In this document: in pieces, positions 37,543 to 48,380 of the stretch
How the letters are laid out: every line of letters starts with the position of its first letter
Position numbering within the stretch: position 1 is the first letter of the stretch
NCBI GenBank assembly: GCA_965204745.1
Contig: OZ242010.1
Span: forward strand, 4,896,001-4,960,000
DNA: 64,000 nucleotides
DNA from: Candidatus Latescibacterota bacterium
GTDB lineage: Bacteria > Latescibacterota > UBA2968
Direction: 5' to 3'
Position numbers and translations under genes: made by a program
The notes under the pieces: model-generated
Told to the model about the DNA's origin: nothing
What the model saw: the letters and a program-made list of their open reading frames with translations, nothing else
Databases searched by the model: none

Positions 37543-39531
37543 TTAAAAATTGTGGAACCCGTGCCCAGCGCCGGGGAACCAGATCAAGTCGATCACCATG
37601 CCGACGCCGATGCCCGTGCAATAGCCGATGACTGTGCCGTAGAAGAAGGGTTTTGCGCGTTCGTATAGGCGGGGGCCGCCCAAGTTGACGATGAGGAGTT
37701 TGGCCGCCCACACCATGAGAATGCTCAGGGCGTAGTAGCGCGGGCCGGTGGTGTATTGAAACGCCAAGCCCAAGGGGTGCAGGGGCCACCACGGGAACCA
37801 CGTCCGCAGACCGGCCAGCAGTGCGGCGATGCCCGCGCCCAAGAACCAGATGCCGAGTTTTTGCGGGTCAAAAGACGTTTTTTCGGTTTCGCCCAATGCG
37901 CGCCCGATCCCGCCGAAGATGCCCAAGGGGCCTTCCCACAGGGTCCAGGAACGCAGAAAGAGCGCGGAGTCTCGGTAGCAGTAGTAGATGATGGTGGCGG
38001 CGCAGACGAAAAAGCCCATCGTGAACGCGATGAAGACCACGCTGGTGGTCCACTGTTTGCCGCGGTCCGCGGGCACGTCGTCCATTGCCTTGAGATGGTG
38101 GGGCAAGACCTGCATGGTTTGAATGCGTCCGCCGCCGTAGAACAGGCTGCTGTTGACCAAGTGCATGGCGGTCATTTCGCGCGTGGAAAGGGTGGCTGTG
38201 CCGAGGATGGCGTTGACAAAGCCCGATCCCTTGATCCACACCGGAAAGAGATACCCAAACCCGCTGGCCGCGATGAATTTGGAGGTCGCAAAATACGCGA
38301 TGAACATCAACAGCAAGTGGACGAGCGCGAGGGAAAGGGACATGCCCAAGGCCATGAAAAAGCAGCAGAGGTACAGCGCGGACGAGATCAGCCCGACGAC
38401 GGCAAAGCGGTAGGAGATGGGGCCGTCGCCGCGTCTGCCATGCCAGGCGGTTTTCGCCACCTGCACGAGATGTCGCCGCGCGATCCACACGGACCAGACG
38501 ACCAAGACCGTCATCGCGCCGTGGCTTTCCAAGTTGACGATCTCGCCGCCCGTGGCAACCTGCCCCTCCAAGCCGACCGTGAACCCGGTGCGATTGACGA
38601 CCCCCATTTTGACCACGGCGAGCAGGCCGAAGAACCAGAAACTGAACAACAAGTCCAAACTGCACAAGTAGCCGAGGCCGATGACCAAGGGCAAGACGCG
38701 CAAATACACGGGCGGAAAATTCTGTGCTATGGTCATGGACTTGGTGTTGATGCTGTCGAAGAGCGTGATGCGCGGCACATTGGGAAACCAAAAGTTGATG
38801 ATGTTCCACCCGATAATGCCCGCGGTCCAGGCAAAGCCGGCCCAGAAGATCGGATCGCGGAAAATTTTGGGCAATGCGCGGCCTTCGCCAAACCCCTCCA
38901 TGAGATCCATCGGGAAATTGACGAGCGGGTAGGTCAAACGCTCGGCATCTGCCCATTGCCGATGAAAGATCGCAATGACAAAAAACCCCGCGGCCATAAA
39001 GGCCAACACGCCGGAAAACCACCACAAGACGGACGGCATCCAACCGGTCCAGGGGACGTATTCGCCGGTGTGCAAGCCAAAATAGAACCGATCCACGATC
39101 CACGGCGTGGGTTCGGGAAAGGCCCACGCGGGCAGTTCGTCCAAAAACAACTCGGCCCAGCGGTTTTCTGGAGACGCAAAAAAATGCGGCGCGGGCAACG
39201 CGCCGATGAAGTAGCCCATCCAACCCACGCCGGGCATCATGCCCACGATCCACATCGTGGCAAAGATCACCATCATTTCATGGCGCGTGAGCACGGCTTG
39301 CGGCGCGACGCGGGCGATGATCATGTTGATGATGACCCACAAGAGGAAGCCCAGGATCAGGGCGACCGGAAAACTGGATTTGACCAAGGACCCGGCGTGG
39401 AGCACGATTTCGAGGACGTTTTGTGAGTATGCCATCGCGCCTGCGGTACACAGGCCGAGGAGGATGGATCGCCCGGTGATGCGCGGCGATTCGGTCGGTT
39501 GGATTTTCGGATCGGATTGTGCTATCGCCAT
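37543..39531 (-). CDS. Polytopic membrane protein, DUF6785/DUF6784-like (putative transporter)
   Basis: ITGRSILLG, ASPENRW, QWADAERLTYP, WWPLHPLG, G..LY..A.PFF.G. Confidence 0.75.
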   Translation of the reverse strand: MAIAQSDPKIQPTESPRITGRSILLGLCTAGAMAYSQNVLEIVLHAGSLVKSSFPVALILGFLLWVIINMIIARVAPQAVLTRHEMMVIFATMWIVGMMPGVGWMGYFIGALPAPHFFASPENRWAELFLDELPAWAFPEPTPWIVDRFYFGLHTGEYVPWTGWMPSVLWWFSGVLAFMAAGFFVIAIFHRQWADAERLTYPLVNFPMDLMEGFGEGRALPKIFRDPIFWAGFAWTAGIIGWNIINFWFPNVPRITLFDSINTKSMTIAQNFPPVYLRVLPLVIGLGYLCSLDLLFSFWFFGLLAVVKMGVVNRTGFTVGLEGQVATGGEIVNLESHGAMTVLVVWSVWIARRHLVQVAKTAWHGRRGDGPISYRFAVVGLISSALYLCCFFMALGMSLSLALVHLLLMFIAYFATSKFIAASGFGYLFPVWIKGSGFVNAILGTATLSTREMTAMHLVNSSLFYGGGRIQTMQVLPHHLKAMDDVPADRGKQWTTSVVFIAFTMGFFVCAATIIYYCYRDSALFLRSWTLWEGPLGIFGGIGRALGETEKTSFDPQKLGIWFLGAGIAALLAGLRTWFPWWPLHPLGLAFQYTTGPRYYALSILMVWAAKLLIVNLGGPRLYERAKPFFYGTVIGYCTGIGVGMVIDLIWFPGAGHGFHNF

Positions 39532-39556
39532 GCTGTCTCCCTGTTGAAATATGCGT

Positions 39557-39585
39557 AATATACCACGGCCGCTTAGGGGTGTCAA
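39557..39585 (-). promoter_or_regulatory. Putative sigma70 promoter
   Basis: TTGACA-17 nt-TATATT on the minus strand, 25 bp upstream of ATG 39531. Confidence 0.6.
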
Positions 39586-39673
39586 ACGCATGGTTGGATT
39601 TGCCAATCCGCTATGGCGGGATTATCATGTGTGTTGCTATTGATACGCGAAACCCTCAACGCTCGATTTTCTC

Positions 39674-39922
39674 ATGGCACGCAAAGACATTCGGACCATT
39701 TCGATCCGCTGCGCGAAATGCAAGAGCCTGCTGTACAAATACCGCAAAGGCGGCCGCGGTCGGTTGGTGAAGTGCATGTTAGATCGCATCGCCGAAGACC
39801 ATACCCGCGGCGACATGCACTGCCCAAAATGCGGACAGGCATTTGCGCGGTTCAAAATGTACGGCGGTCAAGCCGCGCACAAAATCATTCAAGGCAAAGT
39901 GTTCACAAAGGGAATGGGCTGA
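39674..39922 (+). CDS. Small zinc-ribbon protein
   Basis: CAKC...YRKGG.G.LVKC...CPKC. Confidence 0.75.
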   Translation: MARKDIRTISIRCAKCKSLLYKYRKGGRGRLVKCMLDRIAEDHTRGDMHCPKCGQAFARFKMYGGQAAHKIIQGKVFTKGMG

Positions 39923-39969
39923 ACGAATCGACGGAACACCAAGCACCAAAACAGCAATGGCAATCGTAC

Positions 39970-40005
39970 AAAAAAACGCCCTGGCATCTCAAAATGCCAG
40001 GGCGT
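39970..40005 (-). terminator. Intrinsic terminator for the minus-strand transcript
   Basis: 12-bp stem ACGCCCTGGCAT/ATGCCAGGGCGT with an A tract on + (U tract on -). Confidence 0.8.
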
Positions 40006-40064
40006 GCTCGTGATATAGGTCAATCCAACTTTCGTACAGGTAGCTTGATCGCGATCCGCTAGTA

Positions 40065-40235
40065 TTACCTACCCTTCCTCTCATCGGCCTCTTTTATGAG
40101 GCGTAGGGGGGGAAATTTTATCTCGCTATGGGTATCGGGAGTAGCTACAAGGACTTCCGGGGTTTTCGCCTGATCTCCCGATGCGTTAGCAGTGCTGTTG
40201 TTCGGAGTATCAGGTCTTGCTCGTTGTTTGCCCAT
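40065..40235 (-). CDS. Small hypothetical protein
   Basis: GGAGG RBS before ATG 40235; overlaps the end of the DUF262 gene; no recognisable motif. Confidence 0.3.
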   Translation of the reverse strand: MGKQRARPDTPNNSTANASGDQAKTPEVLVATPDTHSEIKFPPLRLIKEADERKGR

Positions 40236-41934
40236 TTTTGATACCTCCACAATCCGCCCACTCTTGTGCCGCCCATTCGATCAATTTTTTTTCTCGTTCT
40301 ATGACCATGTCCTCCGTCCATTTCCCATGAGTAGAAATCTGCTTTGCAACCTCCTGAGCGATCAAAAGTCCCGTTTTCTCGTATTTACTAGCCTTCTCCT
40401 TTGGTCTCTTTTTGCCCAGCTTGGAATTTAGCCCAGGAGGGAGTAGCATAAGATTACCCAGCCAATGGACATCCTTCCTTCCAGTGCTTTGGGGTTGGAT
40501 ATGTTCAATTGACTTACCGACGCTAGCTTCCCAAATGCGGTTCCACTGTTCATTATTGAAGTCCTGCCCAGACTTCTTCGCTAAGTATTCTTCATACCGA
40601 CGGAAAAAGTAGCGCAATGATTCTCCCCAATCGTAGCAGTTTCTTTTTTCGAGTTCCGTAGCAGCTTTATCGGGAGGATATCTTTTTCCTATATCCGATA
40701 GTCCTTTCATAATGTCATCAAAAGGCAGTTGCTTGTTCTCGATTTTCCATGCAAGCCTTACATAGTCTCCGACCGCTGTTCTTGCATCCTTACTATATAG
40801 ACCGTAAATTCGAAATGTGACATTCTCCCAGCGACGAAGTAACTCGGCCTTCTGATTTTCTAGATCGGAACGAAGGTTTATCGCAACAGCAACCAACCTT
40901 GCCTGTACTATCCCTGTAACTGCATTTCTCCGATGGTCTTTTGTCAACTTATCTACTGCCTCAGTGACAGACTTTATCCATCTCGCAGTCTTAATTACGC
41001 TATCCGAATTATCCTTGGACTGCGAAAATAAAAGTTTGACAGCTTTTTCCTCACTCAGCGAGCGGCTCGGAGAACTGTCACTGCGTAAAGTGGCGGCGAA
41101 GCGAAGCGACTCGGTACTTAGTCCCCAGCGTAATCCTATAGTTCTGTACATTTCAGCATAGAGACGATGAATTTCAGCAATCGTATCATCAGTCGTACTA
41201 TCATCTTTCTGATCGAATACAACTGCCATCAGCATACTTTTAAGACGGTCAAACCAAGAGACTGGTAACCCTCTGCTGTTTAGCACTTCGAAGACCGAGT
41301 ACACCAATCCTTCATCATTGATTAAAAAAAAGATGAAGAGTAGTTGATTTTTGAGATGTGTACAGAGATCCATAAGAGAGTTCCCCTCGTCTTTCCAGTG
41401 TTTTACAAAATCCTCACATTCTTTTATAGCCAAGAGGAGTTGAAGGTCAGCTAATATTTCTGCGGAATTAGGATCGCTATTATATTTTTTATACCTGATA
41501 TAGTCGATAAAGGGTTCGCTTTGATCATGGGTTCGTAAAAGCAAGATGGTCACGCCATTCGGTTTTACCAGAATTTTATCAATTTCCTCGCCAGTTGCTT
41601 TTTCTTCTACAATTGAACGGTCTAGTGCCTTTGAAATCGCCTTAAAAAGTAATATCAATGTCGTAATTCGCTGTTGTCCATCCACAATATCAATTCTTTC
41701 ATACTGGTTGGTCCTAATTTCCTCTATACCTTGACTCAATCCCACGACGGTGGACATAAAATGTGGAGTTTTTTCTTTTGAATAGCTTTTCCGAATATCG
41801 TCAAACAAATTTTTTCGATGCTCTGGTCCCCAACTGTAGGACCTTTGATACGACGGAATGTTGAACAGGCGTCCGCCAAGCAAATCCCACAGTGTCAAAA
41901 GATCCATGTCAAATTGCATTTTAGGTTTCACCAT
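40210..41934 (-). CDS. DUF262 + DUF1524 protein (GmrSD/SspE-like modification-dependent nuclease)
   Basis: IPSYQRSYSW, IVDGQQRITT, FEVLNSRG, SIEHIQPQ...LGNLMLL...N. Confidence 0.9.
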   Translation of the reverse strand: MVKPKMQFDMDLLTLWDLLGGRLFNIPSYQRSYSWGPEHRKNLFDDIRKSYSKEKTPHFMSTVVGLSQGIEEIRTNQYERIDIVDGQQRITTLILLFKAISKALDRSIVEEKATGEEIDKILVKPNGVTILLLRTHDQSEPFIDYIRYKKYNSDPNSAEILADLQLLLAIKECEDFVKHWKDEGNSLMDLCTHLKNQLLFIFFLINDEGLVYSVFEVLNSRGLPVSWFDRLKSMLMAVVFDQKDDSTTDDTIAEIHRLYAEMYRTIGLRWGLSTESLRFAATLRSDSSPSRSLSEEKAVKLLFSQSKDNSDSVIKTARWIKSVTEAVDKLTKDHRRNAVTGIVQARLVAVAINLRSDLENQKAELLRRWENVTFRIYGLYSKDARTAVGDYVRLAWKIENKQLPFDDIMKGLSDIGKRYPPDKAATELEKRNCYDWGESLRYFFRRYEEYLAKKSGQDFNNEQWNRIWEASVGKSIEHIQPQSTGRKDVHWLGNLMLLPPGLNSKLGKKRPKEKASKYEKTGLLIAQEVAKQISTHGKWTEDMVIEREKKLIEWAAQEWADCGGIKNGQTTSKT

Positions 41935-42090
41935 GTTGAACTCCTATCAGAATTTATGGGGGTATACATATATTTTTTATTGTGCGCGATTAAGATAACA
42001 ATATGAGCCTGATATTACAACAAAAAATTGCCCAAATTGTGCCCGAAAGGTCAATGGTCAGTCCACTTCGCCACGCTCGTGCCGAATCCT

Positions 42091-44913
42091 TCACCGAAGC
42101 AAGTTGCTGAACAGGCGGTCGGCCACCGGGTCTTTGCCCAAGTTTTCCACAATGCGATGCGTGCACAGCGTGTACGCGCCCTGCCCATGCGCGATCTGCG
42201 TCAGGTTGGCGCCGTGGAACGCGGCGGTCACGCCCAAGTAATTTTGCTTGTGCTTGAGGCCCGCGTACCAGTCGTAGGTGATGTTGCCGCAGATCCAGTC
42301 GCTTTTGGGTTCGACGATGGACCATCGGGAAACGACATCGCGGTATTCCTGTCCCATCAGGCAGTTGGATGGCAGGCCGTCGTAAAACGGATGGTCTTTG
42401 ACCACATGGCTACACGGGGTCCACAGCCCTTTGGCAGAGTAGAGCACGAGCGCGAATGGGAGAATGGCGTCGCGTTCCACAAAGCGATACATGCGCCCTT
42501 CGCGTTCTCGCATTTTGAGAAGGGGCAATGGCGGCAGGTTGAGAAAGAGGGCATTGCCGCCGCGCGCCACCCATGCGGCGAGTTCTCGGAACCGCGCATC
42601 GGGGCGACCGTTCCACCCGTTGAGATTGACCAAAACGCGCTGTTCAACGGGCGTTTGGGGCGAGAAGGCCATCGCGCGGGGCACATGCCGGCCCAAGGCG
42701 CCGTTCATGTCGATCAGCGCGACGGGCGCATCAGGCACTTCGCATTTGTCCAAGACGTAAATGCTGGACTGGTTTTGGACTGGCGGGGCATCGGCAGGTG
42801 CGAAGACGAGTTCGATAGCGCATTTGCCCGCCGAGTTGCCGGCGTCGAGGTCGTAAGTGCCCAAATCGACAATGCCGTGGGGCGCGGCGATCTGTTCGCC
42901 GATGTCCAAGCGCGTTTGACCCTTGCCATCGGTTGCGCGGAGCGAGAGGTGGCCCCGGATGGCTTCTCGGTCATTGACAGACGTGAGCAGAATTTGCACG
43001 CGGTCGCCGGCATAGACATTTTGCGCGCTCGGCCGGATGGCGATGTAGTGGTCCGCGAACACGTCTTTGATGGCGTAATAGGGTTTTTTGGGATTGCGGA
43101 AATTGTCGATCAGGCCCGCGCCGAGCACCCAGTCCCCGTCGTTGAGCGCGTGGATGCCAATGCCCGCGATATCGGGGTTGATCCGACAGGCTTCGGCCAT
43201 GAGTTTGTTGCCGGTGGCGTGGACTGCCTGACACGCTTCGACAAAAGCGCGAAAATCGGGAAAGACCCGATCCGCGCCGGTTTCGGCAAAGACCGAGCGA
43301 TAGGAACGGTACAGCCGCTCGTGCATGCGGTAATCCGGGGTGATCGGATTGCCTTCTTTTTTGTACTGCTCAAAATTGGCCTCGAGGTCCGGGATGCTGC
43401 CATAACCGAGTTCTGAAATATTGGTCAGCAAATCCGGCTGAATTTTGCTGTTGGTAAATTGCCCGAGGGGCAACCTTAGGCGTTTGCGTTCGGCTTCGGT
43501 CTTGCCCAGCGCGAGCAGGTGGTCGTAATTTTCCTGTGCCATGGGCGCGCCTGGGTAGTTGTGGACGTCGTTGATGGTGGTCGGTTCATAGGCACCGGGC
43601 AGATAAACGCTACACCCGTCGGCAAAACCGCCGGCTTCGTCGATGATCAGGCGCGTGGGATCCAGATCGCGCACCTTGAGGGAGACGCTGTGTTTGAGGC
43701 GTTTGAGGCCGTCGCGGAGGATCTCGTTGAACATTTCCCACATGGCGATGCAGGGATGGTTGCGGTCGCGCTTGACCATTTCGATGGCTTCGTTTTCAAT
43801 GCGCCGCCCGGTGTCGGGCGTGATCTGCGGCCAATGGCCCATGCACTCGACCGGGAGCGCGCCCACAAACAGGACGCCTAATTCATCGGCGAGGTCATAC
43901 ACGATTTTGGGCTGGGGCTTGCGCCACGGGCGGATGGTGTTGAGGTTGCCGGCTTTGATGAGGGCAAATTCCTTTTTGAGCAATTCGACGTCTCGGGGAT
44001 AGGCGAGGGAATGCGGATAAAACGCCTCGTTGAACGCGGTTTTGAGGATGAGTTTTTTGCCGTTGAGGTAGAAGTGCTTGCCCGCTACCGTGAACGCGCA
44101 AAAGCCAAAGCGCGTTTCCTCGCGGTCGGATTGCGCGTTGTTGACCGCGACGGTTATTGTCGCCACGTAGAGGTTGGGATCGTCGAGATCCCAGAGTTTG
44201 TGGTCGTCAACCGCGACGGTCTCTGCGCGTTGCGTGCTGCCCGGGTTGAGGACCAGGGTTTTCTTTGCTGAAGCGACCGGGGTCTCGCCGCCAAACGGCG
44301 TGATCGTCCATTCGACCTCGGCGGTTTGGATGCTCATCGCCCGATTCTGAAATGTGCTAGTAAGGGTCGCAACACCGGTGGCGATGTCCGTGCTGACAAA
44401 TGTATCCGCGACGAAAATCGCGCCAGTGGCAATGAGGGACACGGGTTGCCAGATGCCTCCGGCAATGGCCCCGCGCCAGTGCGGCATGTGGTCGCGGCCC
44501 AAGCCGTCGATGACCACATCGCGGGTGATGATCGGCGTGACCACGCGCACGGCGATGAAATTTTCCCCGGCTGTGAGCAAGTCGCCGATTTCCAACTCAA
44601 ATCCCGTGTAGCCCCCTTCGTGCGCGCCAGCGGCCTCGCCATTGACCCAGACTTCTGCGCGGTAATTGACCGCCTCGAAGCGAATGCGAACGGTTTTGCC
44701 GCGCCAACTCTGGGGCAAGGTGACGATTTTGCCGTACCACGCCACGCCTTCGTAGTCTCGCACAAATTCTTCCAAACACGCGGGCACCGCGACCTGGACA
44801 ATGTCCGGGTGGCGGTGAAAATTTTCCCGATGTCGATAGTCGTGCATCTGGCCCTGGTTGTCGGGATCGAAGATGACGGACCAGGTACCGTCGAGAGAAA
44901 GCGTTTGTTTCAT
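42091..44913 (-). CDS. Glycoside hydrolase family 2
   Basis: SLDGTW, YEGVAWY, FEAVNY..EVWVNG...G.HEGGY, RDRNHPCI.MW..FNE. Confidence 0.85.
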   Translation of the reverse strand: MKQTLSLDGTWSVIFDPDNQGQMHDYRHRENFHRHPDIVQVAVPACLEEFVRDYEGVAWYGKIVTLPQSWRGKTVRIRFEAVNYRAEVWVNGEAAGAHEGGYTGFELEIGDLLTAGENFIAVRVVTPIITRDVVIDGLGRDHMPHWRGAIAGGIWQPVSLIATGAIFVADTFVSTDIATGVATLTSTFQNRAMSIQTAEVEWTITPFGGETPVASAKKTLVLNPGSTQRAETVAVDDHKLWDLDDPNLYVATITVAVNNAQSDREETRFGFCAFTVAGKHFYLNGKKLILKTAFNEAFYPHSLAYPRDVELLKKEFALIKAGNLNTIRPWRKPQPKIVYDLADELGVLFVGALPVECMGHWPQITPDTGRRIENEAIEMVKRDRNHPCIAMWEMFNEILRDGLKRLKHSVSLKVRDLDPTRLIIDEAGGFADGCSVYLPGAYEPTTINDVHNYPGAPMAQENYDHLLALGKTEAERKRLRLPLGQFTNSKIQPDLLTNISELGYGSIPDLEANFEQYKKEGNPITPDYRMHERLYRSYRSVFAETGADRVFPDFRAFVEACQAVHATGNKLMAEACRINPDIAGIGIHALNDGDWVLGAGLIDNFRNPKKPYYAIKDVFADHYIAIRPSAQNVYAGDRVQILLTSVNDREAIRGHLSLRATDGKGQTRLDIGEQIAAPHGIVDLGTYDLDAGNSAGKCAIELVFAPADAPPVQNQSSIYVLDKCEVPDAPVALIDMNGALGRHVPRAMAFSPQTPVEQRVLVNLNGWNGRPDARFRELAAWVARGGNALFLNLPPLPLLKMREREGRMYRFVERDAILPFALVLYSAKGLWTPCSHVVKDHPFYDGLPSNCLMGQEYRDVVSRWSIVEPKSDWICGNITYDWYAGLKHKQNYLGVTAAFHGANLTQIAHGQGAYTLCTHRIVENLGKDPVADRLFSNLLR

Positions 44914-44914
44914 G

Positions 44915-46375
44915 TTAGGGCCCCTGTTTGCCCGTTGCGATGATGCTGCCGGCGGGTGGAAGGCGGTCGAGGCGGTCGGGCAGATCGTCGCCAATGCCGC
45001 ACAGCCACGCCAGGAGTTGATCGCGCAGGTCGTTTTCCGGATCGGATGGTTGCGGTTGCCCGCTGAGATTTTTCATTTCGTGGGGATCGGTCTGGAGGTC
45101 GTAAAATTCGTCCGTGGCTTGCGGGTTCCACACGTATTTGTACCGCGCATTGCGAATCGCACGCACCTCAAAGCTGTACCCGTTGTAGCGGTAATAAACG
45201 CCGTAAGCCACTTGGTCCCAGCCGGATGGGCGCGTGGTCACGCCGACGAGGGGAAGGAGATCGCGGCCCGCGCGCGGTTGGTCACTAGGGGATTCCGCTC
45301 CGATCAGCGAAAACAGGGTCTCGCCGATGTCGAGCAACGAGACAAACGCATCTTGGGTCGCGGGCACCGCGTCGGGCATGCGGATGATGAGGGGAATGCG
45401 CCAGACTTCCTCGTAAAAATACGCGCCTTTGTCAAACCGATTGTGCGCGCCTTCCATGTCGCCGTGGTCAGACGCGAAAACGACGGCGGTCGAATCCGCG
45501 AGGCCGAGGCGGTCGATGGCGTCGAGCACGCGGCCAATGGCTTCATCGACCAACGCGATGTGGGCGTGGGAATAGGCGATGACGGTTTTCCATTCTTCAT
45601 CGTCCAAGGGCGAGGTGTCCATGCACCCCCACCACGGGGTCGCGTGAAACCACGGACGGCCCGCGCAGTTGTCGCGCAAATTCGCCGGCAGAACGACGCG
45701 CCTGCGGAGGTCACGGGCGAGTTCGACGTAGTCTTCCGGCAGGTGATGCGGGAAGTGGGGCGGCGCAGAGGATACAGTGAGAAAGAAGGGCGCGCTTTGG
45801 TCGCCCCGCGCCCAGGCCTCGAGAAATGCGACGCCTCGGTCGACCGTGGGGAAGGGTTGGAGGTGCTCTTTTGGCTGAGGCGAATCCCCCCAAAACGGCG
45901 CGCGCCCTCTGATGAGTCGCTCGGTTTGTTTGGCGTATTGGGCGACGGTTTTTTCGTACGCGTGGTCGCTCGTTTGCGGGTCGTAGGGTTTTGATCGGAT
46001 TTCGACATGGGGATCAAAGCCATGCGCGCCGCGCGTTTCCGGATTGATGTGCCCTAGGTGCCACTTGCCGTAGTAGCCGACGCGGTAGCCGAGGCGGACA
46101 GCTTCGTCGATCCATGTCTTTTGCTCCAGCGGCATGGATTCCTGAAGCGAATAGCCCACGGATTGGTTGTCGTACACCCCGGTTTGATGCGGCCATCGCG
46201 CCGTGAGCAAGGTGCCCCGCGCAGGCGTGCAAAGCGGACAAGACGTGAACGCCTGGGTAAAGACCGTGCCCGTACCCGCCAGCCGATCTATATTCGGCGT
46301 GGGAATATCCGCCCCGCGAAACCCAAATGCCCACGCAGGCCATTGGTCCGTGAGGATGAACAGTACGTTTTGCAT
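44915..46375 (-). CDS. Sulfatase (formylglycine type)
   Basis: NVLFILTDQ, CTPAR..LLT, GKWHLG, PPH.P, SDHGD. Confidence 0.93.
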   Translation of the reverse strand: MQNVLFILTDQWPAWAFGFRGADIPTPNIDRLAGTGTVFTQAFTSCPLCTPARGTLLTARWPHQTGVYDNQSVGYSLQESMPLEQKTWIDEAVRLGYRVGYYGKWHLGHINPETRGAHGFDPHVEIRSKPYDPQTSDHAYEKTVAQYAKQTERLIRGRAPFWGDSPQPKEHLQPFPTVDRGVAFLEAWARGDQSAPFFLTVSSAPPHFPHHLPEDYVELARDLRRRVVLPANLRDNCAGRPWFHATPWWGCMDTSPLDDEEWKTVIAYSHAHIALVDEAIGRVLDAIDRLGLADSTAVVFASDHGDMEGAHNRFDKGAYFYEEVWRIPLIIRMPDAVPATQDAFVSLLDIGETLFSLIGAESPSDQPRAGRDLLPLVGVTTRPSGWDQVAYGVYYRYNGYSFEVRAIRNARYKYVWNPQATDEFYDLQTDPHEMKNLSGQPQPSDPENDLRDQLLAWLCGIGDDLPDRLDRLPPAGSIIATGKQGP

Positions 46376-46517
46376 ATCGACTCCTTCTAAATAGCCCTTG
46401 ATAGATGCACAAAAATTCACTATATTATACCACTTCTGACGCCCCTGTCGTACGCTCTTTTTCCCCTTTCCCACAACTTCACCTTCCCCACATGCCCATC
46501 AGGGTAAGGGATCTGCT

Positions 46518-48380
46518 ATGGCACTGTCAACAAAATCGCGCACCTCGAAATCTGCCCAACTCAACTTGCTCTCCCAATCCAAAGCCAGCAGCAATGGCGC
46601 GCACAATTACGACGAGAGCAAAATCAAAACCCTGTCATCGCTCGAGCACATCCGCTTGCGGACTGGCATGTACATCGGCCGGCTCGGATCGGGTGCAGAT
46701 CCGGACGATGGCATTTACGTTTTGCTCAAAGAAGTCGTGGATAATGCCGTGGATGAATTTATCGCCGGGTTCGGAAAAAAAATCGACGTCACGATCAATG
46801 CCAACCGCGTCAGCGTGCGCGACTATGGGCGCGGCGTTCCGCTCGGCAAAATTGTCGAATGCGTTTCCGTGATCAACACCGGTGCCAAGTACAACGACGA
46901 CGTGTTTCAATTCAGCGTGGGCCTCAACGGCGTGGGCACCAAAGCGGTCAACGCGCTCTCGACCGACTTTCGCGTGGTGGCCTATCGCGACGGCAAATAC
47001 GCCGAGGCCAGGTTTGAACGCGGGGAACTCGTGGCGCAACGGATGGGCAGAACCCGCGAACCCAATGGCTCGCTTTTTATTTTCGCGCCGGATCCGAAAA
47101 TTTTCGACGCGTACGACTACAATTTTGAATACGTGGAACGCCGCATGTGGACTTATGCCTGTCTCAACAGCGGGCTGACGCTGATTTTTAACGGCCAGAA
47201 ATTCACGTCCAAGCGCGGCCTGCTCGATTTTCTCAACCGCGAGGTCGATGATGCCGCGCTGTACGAACCCGCGTATTACAAGGGGCAATATCTCGAATTT
47301 GCCTTTACGCACACGTCCAACTACGGGGAAAATCACTTCTCGTTTGTCAACGGGCAATACACCAGCGACGGCGGCACGCATCAAAGCGCGTTTCGGGAGG
47401 GCGTCTTAAAAGGCGTCAACGAGTTTTACAAGAAGAATTACAGCGGCGTGGATGTGCGCGAGTCCATCAATGGCGCGGTGGCGGTCAAGCTCAAAGAACC
47501 CGTGTTCGAATCGCAGACCAAAAACAAACTCGGCAATACCGAAGTGCGGTCGTGGATCGTGGCGGAAACGCGCAGCGCGGTCGTGGATTTTCTCCACAAA
47601 AACGCCACCGCAGCGCGCATCCTTCAGGACAAGATCGACCGCAACGAGCAGTTGCGGAAAGAACTCAACGCGGTCAAGAAAGAGGCCAAAGAAGCCGCGC
47701 GCAAAGTCGCGATCAAAATCCCGCACTTCAAGGATTGCAAATACCACAAGGGCGACAAAGACCGCGGCGACGAATCGACCATTTTCATCACCGAAGGGCC
47801 ATCCGCTGCCGGGTCGATGGTCGCGGCGCGCGACGTGGCAACCCAAGCGATTTTCGGCCTCAAGGGCGTGCCCCTCAACGTGTTTGGGAAGACCAAAGCC
47901 GCGATCTACAAAAACGCCGAACTCTACAATCTCATGACCGCGTTGGGCATCGAAGACGCGGTTGAAAATCTGCGGTTCAACAAGGTGGTCATTGCCACGG
48001 ATGCGGACTACGACGGCTTCCACATCCGCAATTTGCTGATGACGTTCTTTCTCAACTACTTTGAAGAGCTCGTCACCTCGGGGCACGTCTATATTCTCGA
48101 AACGCCCATTTTTCGCGTGCGAAACAGCAAGGAGACGCGCTATTGTTACAGCGAAAAAGAACGCGACACTGCCATGGGCGCGCTGCAAAACCCCGAGGTC
48201 ACGCGCTTCAAGGGATTGGGGGAAATCTCCCCGAGCGAGTTCGGGCAATTCATCGGCCCGGACACGCGCCTCATCAAAGTGGGCGTGCGCGGCCTCGCCA
48301 CCATTCCCCATACCCTCGCATTTTACATGGGCAAAAACACGCCTGATCGCAGGGATTACATCGTGAAAAATTTGATTTGA
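46518..48380 (+). CDS. parE: DNA topoisomerase IV subunit B
   Basis: EHIRLRTGMYIG, KEVVDNAVDE, GLNGVG, ITEG.SA, IATDADYDG, TRFKGLGE. Confidence 0.93.
   Translation: MALSTKSRTSKSAQLNLLSQSKASSNGAHNYDESKIKTLSSLEHIRLRTGMYIGRLGSGADPDDGIYVLLKEVVDNAVDEFIAGFGKKIDVTINANRVSVRDYGRGVPLGKIVECVSVINTGAKYNDDVFQFSVGLNGVGTKAVNALSTDFRVVAYRDGKYAEARFERGELVAQRMGRTREPNGSLFIFAPDPKIFDAYDYNFEYVERRMWTYACLNSGLTLIFNGQKFTSKRGLLDFLNREVDDAALYEPAYYKGQYLEFAFTHTSNYGENHFSFVNGQYTSDGGTHQSAFREGVLKGVNEFYKKNYSGVDVRESINGAVAVKLKEPVFESQTKNKLGNTEVRSWIVAETRSAVVDFLHKNATAARILQDKIDRNEQLRKELNAVKKEAKEAARKVAIKIPHFKDCKYHKGDKDRGDESTIFITEGPSAAGSMVAARDVATQAIFGLKGVPLNVFGKTKAAIYKNAELYNLMTALGIEDAVENLRFNKVVIATDADYDGFHIRNLLMTFFLNYFEELVTSGHVYILETPIFRVRNSKETRYCYSEKERDTAMGALQNPEVTRFKGLGEISPSEFGQFIGPDTRLIKVGVRGLATIPHTLAFYMGKNTPDRRDYIVKNLI

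Noticed and set aside
37756-39426. 556-aa plus-strand and 461-aa alternative-frame ORFs
   Set aside because: Shadows of the GC-rich membrane protein gene
42028-43416. 462-aa plus-strand ORF
   Set aside because: Antisense to the GH2 gene; no motifs
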